DNA of 64,000 nt from Chloroflexota bacterium (GTDB taxonomy: Bacteria > Chloroflexota > Anaerolineae > Anaerolineales > Villigracilaceae), in the NCBI GenBank assembly GCA_016191955.1, contig JACPVC010000006.1:7920-71919 (forward strand), in the 5' to 3' direction. The position numbers and the translations under genes were made by a program. The stretch's first letter is position 1, and every line of letters starts with the position of its first letter. The notes under the pieces are model-generated. The model was not told the DNA's origin and did not search any database. It was given only the letters and a program-made list of their open reading frames with translations. Positions 21,701-28,816 of this stretch are shown piece after piece.

Positions 21701-22453
21701 GTTCATTTCGTTTCGACGTTGTCCATTTTGTATTCAGGCGATGCCAACGATGGGCGCATTATCCGTGAAGATGTGAATTTGGATGATGTCGGTGCGCCGT
21801 TCGGTGGATATGCCCAAAGCAAATGGGTGGCGGAGAAACTGGTAAGGCAGGCAGGTGAGCGCGGTATTCCGTATGCTATTTATCGTCCTGGCTTGGTTTC
21901 GGGTCATAGCATCTCCGGTGCGTGGAACAACGACAACCTGATCTCCAGCATGACTCGCGCTTGCATTCTTCTGGGAAGTGTCCCCACTCTTGATGTGATG
22001 GTCAACATTGTGCCAGTGGATTTTGTGAGCGCCGCGATTGTGAGCCTTTCTCAAAACCCGGAAAACTTTGGTAAGGTTTATCACTTGGATAACCCCGAAG
22101 CGCTTCACTTTAGCAAGCTCGCAGAATGGATGACTGAGCAGGGATTCGATGCCCGTCGATTGCCTTTCGATGAATGGCGTGCAGAACTTTTCAGACAGAC
22201 TGCTTATATGCCGTCTGATGGTTGGGAACCTTACCTGCCATTGCTTGAAGAAGTGGAAGAAAAACAAGTCTTCATGCCCGAGTTCGATCTCACCAACACG
22301 CTCACAAGGCTGGAAGGCAGCGGCATTGTCTGTCATCCGGTGAATGGTCTACTGCTTTCACGATACCTGAAATATTTCACTTCAGATGGCATCCCCGAAG
22401 GTTTATACAAGAACTCTCCGTTCAGCACTCAAAGTTCGCAAAGCGTCCAGTGA
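12701..22453 (+). CDS. Hybrid FAAL-ACP-KS-AT-ACP-C-A-PCP-thioester reductase PKS/NRPS (3250 aa)
   Basis: FAAL: LQYTSGST, WLPSYHDMGLIG, CYGMAE. ACP GLGS. KS: DTACSS, HGTGT, NIGHLE. AT: GHSVG, HAFH. ACP GLDS. C: DHIVTDF. A: YTSGSTGKPKG, FDIAV, NLYGPTE. PCP GGHS. R: TGATGFVG, YAQSK. Confidence 0.96.
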   Translation: MMRSSALSPNISHEKNTLVRVLRWRADLHPETLAFRFLQDDESENITINFGELDRRARAIGAWLESFNAKGERALLLYPPGLDYIAAFMGCLYAGVTAVPAYPPRLNRPVPRIQSIVDDSHASFALTTTTILSNIEKRFEHAPDLKALHWLNTEQVPAGLGADWRDPNVSPDTLAFLQYTSGSTSQPKGVMLSHGNLMHNLEAISRGFHIDSTVMGIFWLPSYHDMGLIGGILEPMYLGGATTLMSPPSFLQRPVRWLEAITRYRGNTCGAPNFAYDLCVDKVTPEQKETLDLSSWTLAFCGAEPIRPETLERFARAFAGCGFRKASFYPCYGMAESALIVSGADGPSEPRTFTVDRKSLESDLVVPSSANEEGSVTMVNCGPPVIDQKIIIVNSTTLLQCESNQVGEIWVAGPSVAQGYWGLEEESRRTFQAYVADTGEGPFLRTGDLGFLQNGELFVTGRLKDLIIIHGSNHYPQDIELTVETCHPALQPAGGAAFSITGEGKEQLVIVQEVTRQNRQADINEVAGAIRQAVADKHDLQIFAIVLIKPMSIPKTSSGKIQRRACKTAFLNGELEIVGEWRAKAPSSPALPPKGEGSRSPRPLGEGLGEVPRRGMRADVIQAWLVTRIASILEMDATSIDPRQPFTYYGLGSVQAVSLTGDLEDLLGRKLAPTLAWDYPTIELLANHLANDSQPTKTISALSSSQPSSFTREPIAIIGMSCRFPKAASLGAFWDLLRNGVDAISEVPVDRWNVDAFYSSDFATPGKVTSRWGGFLENVDLFDTHFFGISPREATRMDPQQRLLLEVSWEALENAFIPPASLAGTRTGVFVGISSNDYSRLQFDDAEKIDAYAGTGNAHSIAANRLSYFYDLRGPSMAIDTACSSSLVAAHLACQSLQNGESDLGVVGGVNLILTPELTITFSQARMLSPDGRCKTFDASADGYVRGEGCGVIILKRMSDAIRDGDNILALIRGSAVNQDGRSNGLTAPNGLAQQDVIRQALANAQVAPHQIGYVEAHGTGTPLGDPIEMSSLHAVLDDGQANGKVLVGSVKTNIGHLESAAGIAGLIKSVLAMQHEAIPPHLHLKEVNPYLSLENSRLEIGTYLRPWKRREQPRFAGVSSFGFGGTNAHIILSDAPFVTLSDSASSSKGKGSPPQERESERPRHLLTLSAKTEKALEELTLSFSEAIHNKQYVLSDLAFTSNSTRSHFEHRLAVQASSKEEILKRLDDYLNKSEVSVVLTGHAKPGAQPKIAFLFTGQGAQYTGMGRQLYETQPVFRAALDQCADILSSILDRPLLDVMYPQDKNDTLLNQTTYTQPALFAFEYALAMLWRSWGFEPQAVLGHSVGEYVAACIAGVFTLEDGLRLIAERARLMGSLPNNGSMAAVFADASRVADALKPYQAQVSIAAVNGPDNTVISGEKFAVQNILDALTKLGISSKPLTVSHAFHSPLMDPILDDFESAARRTEFSTPRISLVSNLTGDILDQLPDASYWRKHIRAEVKFAEGMQSLANLGIDAFIEIGPSPTLLSMGKRCLPESKAAWLPSLRQGQDDWQIILDSLGKLYTQGANVNWAGFDQGYSRQKVSLPNYPFDRQRYWFESAAKKFVVSEEPQVMATAKVHPEKNNGKTPSHQKAPKAKELPANDLDRALLLNTEQAKRQHVLEDFIQRNAARVLGMDAVRLKLDQSLDTVGLDSLMAIELKNSLESKLGINLSIASLLQGPTISSLAREMLGELDSPEASNEAPLVIAQEPTDESPLSYGQQALWFLHQLLPEDNSFNVAGAVRILGELDVAALDHALMQVAARHEALRSTFHVVDGEPVQRVHETASVKIQIIDASVIGLEELRSRLAIEAHRSFDLENEPALRVLLFRTKENSENILLLSMDHIVTDFWSMTIFVRELLATYEANKSGKPIELPQLQARYSDFVRWQATMLESPRGEKLWEYWQNKLSGELPALNLPTDRPRKAMQTYRGDSEHIFMDGDLYKGLKSLAQENGSTLFMTLLAAFQTLLHRYSNQEDFVVGSVTAGRSHSELTDLIGYFINPIALRADFSGTPTFQEILQRVRQTTLGAFEHQDYPPALLSKLLGLQRDSSRPPLFETMFILQKAQEAEVQALSPFALGIDGARMQMNELVIESIALKGEPAQFDLTMMMAESDDGLAAALQYNTDLFDSATIRRMLGHFHALLRDIVSNPLKPISSYNLLSESEREQILIAWNETQTDYPRELCIHDLFQEQVKRTPNAVAVQFEDQSLTYKELDKRADELSRILISQGVKPGMLVGIYMKRSLDMMVGLLGVLKAGGAYLPLDPSFPSERLAFMLEDSEASFLLTQTSLQSNMPEHKAHVIYLDALEQVALQRRKRRPEFIEGKKEAKSSDLAYVIYTSGSTGKPKGVQIHHQAVVNFLCAMRQSLKISAEDTLLAVTTLSFDIAVLELLLPLIVGARVVVASSETVADGTLLADALIKSNATVMQATPASWRSLLETGWKGKADLKILCGGEALVSDLSERLLERGAELWNLYGPTETTIWSTLYQVTSNEAHGISNSIPVGRPIANTQIYILDSDLQPVPVGVIGDLYIGGDGVSRGYLNRPELTAERFISNPFGASSMIYKTGDIARYLSDGNIEFFGRSDQQVKVRGFRIETGEIEVRLASHPSVRQAVVGVWKEKTSEASLVAYVVPALAGNEADAHQLREFLRQALPEYMVPSIFVNIESLPLTPNGKVDRKALPQPIPARPDLRLPYVAPRTSLERELAQICAEVLGLETSNGHFAVGVHDNFFDLGGHSLLGTRLVFKLREKYKLESAHLPLRALFEQPTVANLARIIDVAIKGEGEVVYASRGNFIQSGQLSLEKLAAEAQLAPDIIANGLVYNHIDEPKHILLTGATGFVGAFLLHDLLRRTSADVHCLLRAEDVEMGIQRLKRNLNNYLLWDDAFADRVKPILGDLGEPRLGITDEGFEQLTREIDVIYHNGALVNFVYPYHAHKASNVLGTQEVLRLASRIKLKPVHFVSTLSILYSGDANDGRIIREDVNLDDVGAPFGGYAQSKWVAEKLVRQAGERGIPYAIYRPGLVSGHSISGAWNNDNLISSMTRACILLGSVPTLDVMVNIVPVDFVSAAIVSLSQNPENFGKVYHLDNPEALHFSKLAEWMTEQGFDARRLPFDEWRAELFRQTAYMPSDGWEPYLPLLEEVEEKQVFMPEFDLTNTLTRLEGSGIVCHPVNGLLLSRYLKYFTSDGIPEGLYKNSPFSTQSSQSVQ
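14456..14535. repeat. REP-like palindrome (CCCTC..GAGGG family) in frame in the FAAL-ACP linker
   Basis: Perfect stem CCCTTCCCCC-AAA-GGGGGAAGGG (14469-14491), then CCCCTCGCCCTTTGGGAGAGGGG; encodes PSSPALPPKGEGSRSPRPLGEGLGEVP. Confidence 0.7.
16114..16160. repeat. Single arm of the TGTCAYCCTGAG palindrome family in frame in the KS-AT linker
   Basis: TGTCACCCTGAGCGATAGCG-[18 nt]-AAGGGTCTC matches the reverse complement of 23986-24014 (TGTCATCCTGAGCCATAGCGAAGGATCTC). Confidence 0.65.
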
Positions 22454-22466
22454 ATTAATTTCGTTC

Positions 22467-23204
22467 ATGAAAAATCGTTGGCTCGTTTGCCCACAGCCCA
22501 ATTCAAGCGCGGTTGCGCGCTTGTTTCTCTTTCCGTATGCGGGCGGAGCTCCAACGTCGTTCAATAAGTGGACTGCCGAGTTCCCAAATGATATTGAGGT
22601 AAGCACTGTTCACTATCCCGGAAGAGGTTCGCGCTATAACGAACCTCCGATCAATGAGCTGTCCGTTTTGGTTGAAGAAATTGCGAATGCCATCCAACCA
22701 TTATTAGACAAGCCGTTTTTTTTCTTTGGTCATAGTTTTGGGGGCATGCTCGCATTTGAGCTTGCACGCCGATCAAATCCCCAGCCGCAAATTCTTTTTG
22801 TTTCGGCATGTGGCGCGCCGCATATGCCCAATCCGAATCGTCCCATTCATTCGCTGTCCGATCCTGAATTTATAAAGTCATTGCATGAACTCAATGGTCT
22901 CCCTGCCGAGGTAATCAACAATTCGGAACTGCTGCAATTACTACTCCCAACCCTGCGCGCTGATTTTGAAGCCTTTGAAAATTATAAATACACAACCAAC
23001 GAACATCAGCTGGATTGTCCCATCGTTGCTTTTGGCGGGTCGGATGATTCTCACGTAAGCCGAGATCGTTTGGATGCTTGGGAATATCACACCAACAACA
23101 ACTTCAAATCACAAATTTTTTCGGGCGACCATTTTTTCATCAATACCGCGCGGCAATCTGTGATAACTTCCATGATCGCTGAGATAAGGTCTCTCCATGC
23201 ATAA
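22467..23204 (+). CDS. Type II (editing) thioesterase
   Basis: Likely start MKNRWLV; LFLFPYAGG, GHSFGG (GxSxG), LRADF, GDHFF. Confidence 0.92.
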   Translation: MKNRWLVCPQPNSSAVARLFLFPYAGGAPTSFNKWTAEFPNDIEVSTVHYPGRGSRYNEPPINELSVLVEEIANAIQPLLDKPFFFFGHSFGGMLAFELARRSNPQPQILFVSACGAPHMPNPNRPIHSLSDPEFIKSLHELNGLPAEVINNSELLQLLLPTLRADFEAFENYKYTTNEHQLDCPIVAFGGSDDSHVSRDRLDAWEYHTNNNFKSQIFSGDHFFINTARQSVITSMIAEIRSLHA

Positions 23205-23943
23205 GGATAACTGGACTCTTCCGCCGGACTCGCTTGATCTGGCGAGTCATCACGTCCACATCTGGCGCATCTCGCTGGACCTTTCAACTGATTCTGTTAA
23301 ATTGATCGAATCCAACCTGTCGGTGGATGAAGCAAACAGAGCCACTCGCTTCCGCTTCGAGGTAGATAAGAACCGTTTTATTGTCGCTCATGGTGTTCTG
23401 CGTAAAATATTAGGGCATTATCTTCATAGCAACCCCGCCGAATTGACTTTTTCCTTAAATCAATATGGAAAGCCCGCTTTGGTTAATTCAACTTTGGAAT
23501 TCAATCTCTCGCACTCCGGCAACTTTGCTTTGGTCGCAGTAACTCAGGGACGAAAAATTGGCGTGGACGTGGAACGCATCCGGCAGGGCATCTCTTCAAA
23601 TGTAATTGCCCAGCAATATTTTTCCAAATCTGAGGTCGCAGAGTTGCAGTCATTGCCCCTTGAACAAAGAGAGAGCGCATTTTTCACATGTTGGACGCGT
23701 AAAGAAGCGTATATCAAAGCGCAAGGAGTGGGGCTGTCATTACCGTTGGAAAGTTTTGATGTTTCCCTTACGCCCGGTCAACCAGCTATTCTCCGCGCAA
23801 CCCGCCCAGACCCGCAGGAATCCGCTCGTTGGACGTTGCATTCGCTAGACGTTGACCCAAATTATGCAGGTGGGCTGGCGGTGGAAGGTACGGCTTTGGA
23901 ATTTAGATTGTTTTCTTTTCTCAAAAACACCATGTCACCCTGA
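23197..23943 (+). CDS. Sfp-type 4'-phosphopantetheinyl transferase
   Basis: FNLSHSG, IGVDVE, WTRKEAYIKA; start overlaps the thioesterase end. Confidence 0.93.
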   Translation: MHKDNWTLPPDSLDLASHHVHIWRISLDLSTDSVKLIESNLSVDEANRATRFRFEVDKNRFIVAHGVLRKILGHYLHSNPAELTFSLNQYGKPALVNSTLEFNLSHSGNFALVAVTQGRKIGVDVERIRQGISSNVIAQQYFSKSEVAELQSLPLEQRESAFFTCWTRKEAYIKAQGVGLSLPLESFDVSLTPGQPAILRATRPDPQESARWTLHSLDVDPNYAGGLAVEGTALEFRLFSFLKNTMSP

Positions 23944-24014
23944 GGGAGCGCTTTTCGCGACCGAAGGCTCTCTTACAACGAGGTAGAGATCCTTCGCTAT
24001 GGCTCAGGATGACA
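23933..24014. repeat. REP-like palindromic element (TGTCAYCCTGAG...CTCAGGATGACA family)
   Basis: Ends TGTCACCCTGAG / CTCAGGATGACA; inner CGAAGGCTCTC / GAGATCCTTCG; lies between convergent genes and supplies the PPTase stop codon (23941-23943). Confidence 0.8.
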
Positions 24015-24025
24015 ATTTTAGATAA

Positions 24026-25279
24026 CTAATAAATGTATTTCCGAATTATCTGCACCGCTTGATTAACCCCGTCTTCTGCAGTGATGGTTGCACCCAAACG
24101 GCTTGCTTGTTCGCGCATCGCCGAATCGTTTAATGCGGTTGAAATTGCCCTGGAAAAGTTTTCTGCTGTAAGTTTTTTTCGCACAATGGGTTCAGGTCCC
24201 ACACCGAGTGCAGCGACGCGCCTTCCCCAATAATACTGGTCACCAAAATGTGGAATGACCAAACTTGGCACCCCGGCACTTAATGCGGCTCCGGTGGTCC
24301 CCGCCCCGCCATGATGCACTATTGCAGCCATTTGAGGAAATAACCACCGGTGAGGAGTATCTTTAATAAGAAAAATATTCTCCGGCAACGGACGGTCAGT
24401 GCCCAGTCCGCTCCACCCGGTGGAAAGAACTGCTCTCACACCTGTTTTGGCGAGAGTTTCGAAAATAATATTTGCAGTGTCCTGGTTTTTTGCAGAATTC
24501 CCCATGCTGCCAAAGCCGATATAGATCGGTCGCGGAGTTGATTTCAAGAACGCAATCAGCGCCGAGTCTGGCTGCCAATTAGGATGTGGATTCAAAAACC
24601 AATATCCAGTAATGAACACATGCTTTGGAAGATCTTCAGACACCGGAAGCACAGAAGGACTGTATCCGCATAAAACTGGTTGTGGTCCTTTCAAAATTTC
24701 CCAGTAGGGTCCGATGAATGGAGGATTTTTATGTCCATTCCAGTGCTTGCGGACAACAGGCAGAAACACCTGCCAGGAAATTTGATGAACCAGCAAGTGA
24801 GTCAATAAATTTAATGTCTTGCTTGGGCTGCGGTCTATATTCGACAATATCGCTGGATATGACCTGGTAGGCATTGGATGCAAGCTCGCCGGAATACAAG
24901 GAATACCCAACAGTTTGCTTATATAGTAGACAAAAGGCAGGGCATAGCTATGATAGACAATTGCATCGCTTCCCTGACAGGCAGCGAATACATCCGTCAT
25001 GATCTGGTCCAGCATAGGTCGAATAACGCGATTGGTACTCAGAATAAGATGCGGAATTGATTCCGCGTCAAGCCACGATTGCGTTTTGCTATTTTGCGTA
25101 AACTCAAACGAATCCAGCTGGATCGAAAAGAACTCCAAACCATAGCTGGCTGCCACATTTGAAAAATTTGAGTTTGCTGCGAATCTAACGCTGCACCCCG
25201 CGTTCTTCAACCCAACCGCTAAAGCAAGATAGGGGAGAACATCTCCCTGAGAGCCGATCGCTAAAACTGTGATACTCAT
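24026..25279 (-). CDS. GT1-family glycosyltransferase (sterol-glucosyltransferase-like)
   Basis: GSQGDVLPY N-terminal motif; IYIGFGSM; VHHGGAGTT; PHFGDQ. Confidence 0.92.
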   Translation of the reverse strand: MSITVLAIGSQGDVLPYLALAVGLKNAGCSVRFAANSNFSNVAASYGLEFFSIQLDSFEFTQNSKTQSWLDAESIPHLILSTNRVIRPMLDQIMTDVFAACQGSDAIVYHSYALPFVYYISKLLGIPCIPASLHPMPTRSYPAILSNIDRSPSKTLNLLTHLLVHQISWQVFLPVVRKHWNGHKNPPFIGPYWEILKGPQPVLCGYSPSVLPVSEDLPKHVFITGYWFLNPHPNWQPDSALIAFLKSTPRPIYIGFGSMGNSAKNQDTANIIFETLAKTGVRAVLSTGWSGLGTDRPLPENIFLIKDTPHRWLFPQMAAIVHHGGAGTTGAALSAGVPSLVIPHFGDQYYWGRRVAALGVGPEPIVRKKLTAENFSRAISTALNDSAMREQASRLGATITAEDGVNQAVQIIRKYIY

Positions 25280-25407
25280 TGATTACAATATACTATAATT
25301 CGCAGCATCGCAAAATGTTGTACGTGTAATTTCTGATGCTTGCTTATTCGCGCATCAACTCTTATCGGTGATATATACAGAAAAGCTTCAGAAGGAGCAT
25401 TGCAACA

Positions 25408-26007
25408 ATGGAGAGTTCCAATAAAATCCTGGATGTCTTGTACAAATATCGCTTTTCCAAAGACATTGTTTATCGAATATTGAAGTCCAGAGCAAGGGAC
25501 CTATCCAATATGGTCTCGCCTTACCTAAGTAAAAGTGACCTTATTCTGGATATCGGACCAGCCAGTTGTACAGTGACCGAAACATTAATTAAGCAGGATC
25601 TAAAAGTTTTCCCATTGGATGTTGAGAATTACAGCATTGTCGACACAGTACTTCCAACCCTATATGACGGATACAGAATGCCGTTCAAGGATAACCAATT
25701 CGACACTTCCTTGATCCTCTTCGTGTTGCACCATACCCCCGACCCCGTCCAAGTATTGACCGAAGTAAAACGGGTATCGAGAAAGATCCTGATACTTGAG
25801 GATATTGTCACATCGCCCGCTCATAAATCCATGACGGCTGCCTTAGACAGCTTGATGAACCTGGAATTTTATGACCAGCCGCATACCAACAAAAGTGACG
25901 AAGAGTGGCGGTCTATTTTTGGCGATTTAGGTCTCAAATTAATAGCCCAGGAATTCAAATCGTCCGCGGCGATCATGAGACATGCGTTGTATGTTCTTAA
26001 AAACTGA
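25408..26007 (+). CDS. Class I SAM-dependent methyltransferase (Methyltransf_11-like)
   Basis: ILDIGPAS (variant motif I), MPFKDNQFD, VLHH, ILILED; SD AAGGAG. Confidence 0.8.
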   Translation: MESSNKILDVLYKYRFSKDIVYRILKSRARDLSNMVSPYLSKSDLILDIGPASCTVTETLIKQDLKVFPLDVENYSIVDTVLPTLYDGYRMPFKDNQFDTSLILFVLHHTPDPVQVLTEVKRVSRKILILEDIVTSPAHKSMTAALDSLMNLEFYDQPHTNKSDEEWRSIFGDLGLKLIAQEFKSSAAIMRHALYVLKN

Positions 26008-26110
26008 TCGCATATCAGAATACTCAATCATAAACGCCTTGATCTTTCGAGGTGTTTACTCGTAGCCTAAGACAGGCTCAGCACGCCGCTTTCAACCTGC
26101 ACTGGTTGAC

Positions 26111-26222
26111 TCAAGCTAAGGCGAAGACATCTCAATTACAGAGAGACCATGAGTGGAGGCAACAGATGAACTTCAATTACAAGAGGAAATCAAAAAGATA
26201 ACTGCAGAACGTCAGGAGTTCA
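26111..26222 (+). pseudogene. Frameshifted remnant homologous to the small coiled-coil ORF at 57395-57634
   Basis: Translates TQAKAKTSQLQRD / DELQLQEEIKKITAERQEF across a 1-nt deletion; aligns by eye to 57442-57554. Confidence 0.6.
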
Positions 26223-26262
26223 TCTTCTTCATACCATTAACAATTTCGATTATAGTTAATCC

Positions 26263-28044
26263 ATGTCCCTGCGCACGCGGTTGATCGTATTCGTCTTGCT
26301 TTTTGGCTCGGCAGTATTGATAAATATTTTCGCGCTGGTATATCTGGCGCGTTCGATTTCAAATTCGCTGGATGCCATCGAGAATATCCGCCAGCGGCAA
26401 TTGGTGGCGGTACAAATGAACGCGCATTTGCGCGATGCCGAGGCGGCGTTGTATCGTTATCAGATCAACGGCGAGGCGGGTTTCAAATCCCAATTTATCG
26501 AGCAATTGAATAATTTCTCCAACGACCTGGTGCAATACCGTGCGCTGGCAATTGACCCAGATGAATTGCAATGGGCTTCCACTCTGGAAGTGGCGTATCA
26601 ACAGGCGTTGACCACTGGCAGCGACTTGATCGAACTGCGCGACAACCAGACCAGCCGCCTTGATGAATTCCTGGGGGCGCAATCGCAATTATCTGCTTTC
26701 CTTTCCAACGACGTCATGCCAAATCGTTCCGATGACCCTGAATATCAGGCAATTGTTTCAGCCATGCAGGACTCGTCGCGCGCCATGCTGTCTGCGGTGA
26801 CGGGATATCTGGCGTCGCCAGAAGAAAACAAACGCGTGCAATTTACCGATGCGGTTGTTGCATTCCAGCAGGCGGTGAATGGCTTCAGCGACATGGCGCG
26901 ATCAGATGATGAAAAACGCTGGGCGGGTGAAACCCTCGCCATCTTCAATCAATTAAAGTCGCTTGGCACTCAATTGATCAGCGGACGTGATTTGCAGCAA
27001 TCGCTGTATGCAAATTTTATTTCCATCGTCTTCAATGCGGGGCAGCAAACCATTGTCGGGCAAATCGAGCCGCATGAAACAGAAAGATTCACACAGGAAC
27101 AACAGGCATTATTGAATGCGGTCGGCACCGCCAGCATCGTAAGTATTCTTGCCGCAGCCTTGATCTCAGGCTTCGCGATTCTGTTTATGACCCAGCTATC
27201 TCGGCAAATCAATTCGCGTGCCACTGCTCTGCTTGATGGCGCAGAACGCGTGACGCACGGTAATCTCGAAGAACCAGTTGCGATTACCGGCGAGGATGAA
27301 TTCGGAAAGCTGGCGACCTCTTTTAACACGATGATGCGCGAACTCGCCAACCGCGAAGATCGTCTGCGCGCGATGATCGGCAGAATGGCACAGATACAAG
27401 ATGAAGAACGTCGCCTCATTGGTCTGGACCTGCATGATGGATTGACCCAACTGATTATCTCAGCCAATATGCATTTGAACACACTCAACTCACAAATCGG
27501 TTCAAGATTGAACGCGCAGACGCTTCAAGCCCTGGACGTGAGTCGGACTCTGATCAAGCAGTCCATTGACGAAGCCCGTAGGGTGATCTCAGAACTACGC
27601 CCAACGATGGTCGAAGACCTGGGGTTGGAGCGTGGACTCCGGCAATATGTAACTGAAGTGTGCGAAGAACAAAATTGGGAATCAGAGATTGTCACCGATA
27701 CACAAGGATTACAAATTGCGCATTCGATAGAAGCATCCATCTTCCGTATTGCGCAGGAAGCATTGACCAACGTCCGCAAGCACGCGCGGACTGGACGGGT
27801 GCGAGTCGAACTGTCAGCGGAGGATCAAAGCCTGGTGTTGCGGGTGCAGGACTGGGGTCAGGGGTTTGACGCGTTGTTAATCCAAAAAGATGAAGCCGAA
27901 CATTTGGGCTTGGTCAGTATGCAGGAGCGGGCGCAAATGATCAATGGAGTCTGTCAGATCGAAAGCCAATTGGGGGAAGGGACAAGCGTCAAGGTGTGCA
28001 TCCCGCTGGCGTCGCTGGCGCAGAGGAGCGAAAATGGAAAATGA
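26263..28044 (+). CDS. Sensor histidine kinase (tandem four-helix periplasmic sensor, HAMP, HisKA_3, HATPase)
   Basis: Two TM segments; HAMP GEDEFGKLATSFNTM; H-box LDLHDGLTQ; QEALTNVRKHA; QDWGQGF; HLGLVSMQER. Confidence 0.93.
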   Translation: MSLRTRLIVFVLLFGSAVLINIFALVYLARSISNSLDAIENIRQRQLVAVQMNAHLRDAEAALYRYQINGEAGFKSQFIEQLNNFSNDLVQYRALAIDPDELQWASTLEVAYQQALTTGSDLIELRDNQTSRLDEFLGAQSQLSAFLSNDVMPNRSDDPEYQAIVSAMQDSSRAMLSAVTGYLASPEENKRVQFTDAVVAFQQAVNGFSDMARSDDEKRWAGETLAIFNQLKSLGTQLISGRDLQQSLYANFISIVFNAGQQTIVGQIEPHETERFTQEQQALLNAVGTASIVSILAAALISGFAILFMTQLSRQINSRATALLDGAERVTHGNLEEPVAITGEDEFGKLATSFNTMMRELANREDRLRAMIGRMAQIQDEERRLIGLDLHDGLTQLIISANMHLNTLNSQIGSRLNAQTLQALDVSRTLIKQSIDEARRVISELRPTMVEDLGLERGLRQYVTEVCEEQNWESEIVTDTQGLQIAHSIEASIFRIAQEALTNVRKHARTGRVRVELSAEDQSLVLRVQDWGQGFDALLIQKDEAEHLGLVSMQERAQMINGVCQIESQLGEGTSVKVCIPLASLAQRSENGK

Positions 28045-28687
28045 AATCACGCTATTGATCGCGGACGATCATCCGATGGTGCGCGCTGGCTTGCGGAGCA
28101 TGTTGAGCGATTCGCGGATTAAGATTGCAGGCGAAGCCAGCAGCGGACGCGAAGCGCTTGAGATGGTTATGAGACTCAAACCGAAAGTGATCCTGATGGA
28201 CATCCGTATGCCAGACATGGATGGCATTCAGGCGCTCGAAGCGATCAAGGCGGCGAAATTGGAGACGCGCGTCATCATGGTAACAACGTATCGCAGTACG
28301 GCATATTTATTGCGTTCGCTCTCCGCGGGCGCGGCGGGATTTGTGTTGAAGGATATTTCGCGTGAAGAATTACTGGCGGCGGTGTATTCCATCGCACAAG
28401 GGACGTCGCTGGTAGATAGCCTGTTTTTGCAGGATGTTTTGCGAAATCTCGAAAGTGCGGAAAAGACAAATGAATCGCCGGAAGATTTAATCGAGCCGCT
28501 GACCGCGCGTGAAATGGACATTTTGCGTTTGATGGTGGAGGGCTTGACCAATCAAGCGATTGGCGATGTACTTGGAATCAGCGCAGGGACAGTGAAAGGT
28601 TATGCCCAAACGGTCATGCACAAGTTGGGGACGAATGACCGCACACAAGCGGCAGTGAAGGCGATTCGGTTGGGGTTGGTGAAGTAA
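28034..28687 (+). CDS. NarL/FixJ-family response regulator
   Basis: Start MENEITLL overlaps the kinase end; ADDHPMVR, MDIRMPDMDG; LuxR HTH LTAREMDILRLMVEGLTNQAIG. Confidence 0.94.
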   Translation: MENEITLLIADDHPMVRAGLRSMLSDSRIKIAGEASSGREALEMVMRLKPKVILMDIRMPDMDGIQALEAIKAAKLETRVIMVTTYRSTAYLLRSLSAGAAGFVLKDISREELLAAVYSIAQGTSLVDSLFLQDVLRNLESAEKTNESPEDLIEPLTAREMDILRLMVEGLTNQAIGDVLGISAGTVKGYAQTVMHKLGTNDRTQAAVKAIRLGLVK

Positions 28688-28726
28688 AAAACACTTTGCA
28701 GCGCGAAGCGAATCGATTAAGAATTT

Positions 28727-28803
28727 AACCGCAAAGCCCGCAAAGCCCGCGAAGAACGCAAAGAAAAATCTTTAAACTTCGCGAACTTTGCGCTCTTCGC
28801 GGT
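28727..28803. repeat. REP-like element of the AACCGCAAAG...CTTTGCG..CGCGGT family
   Basis: Reiterated CGCAAAG/CGCGAAG units on the left and CTTCGCG/CTTTGCG units on the right; intergenic. Confidence 0.7.
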
Positions 28804-28816
28804 AAAAATTTGCCCC

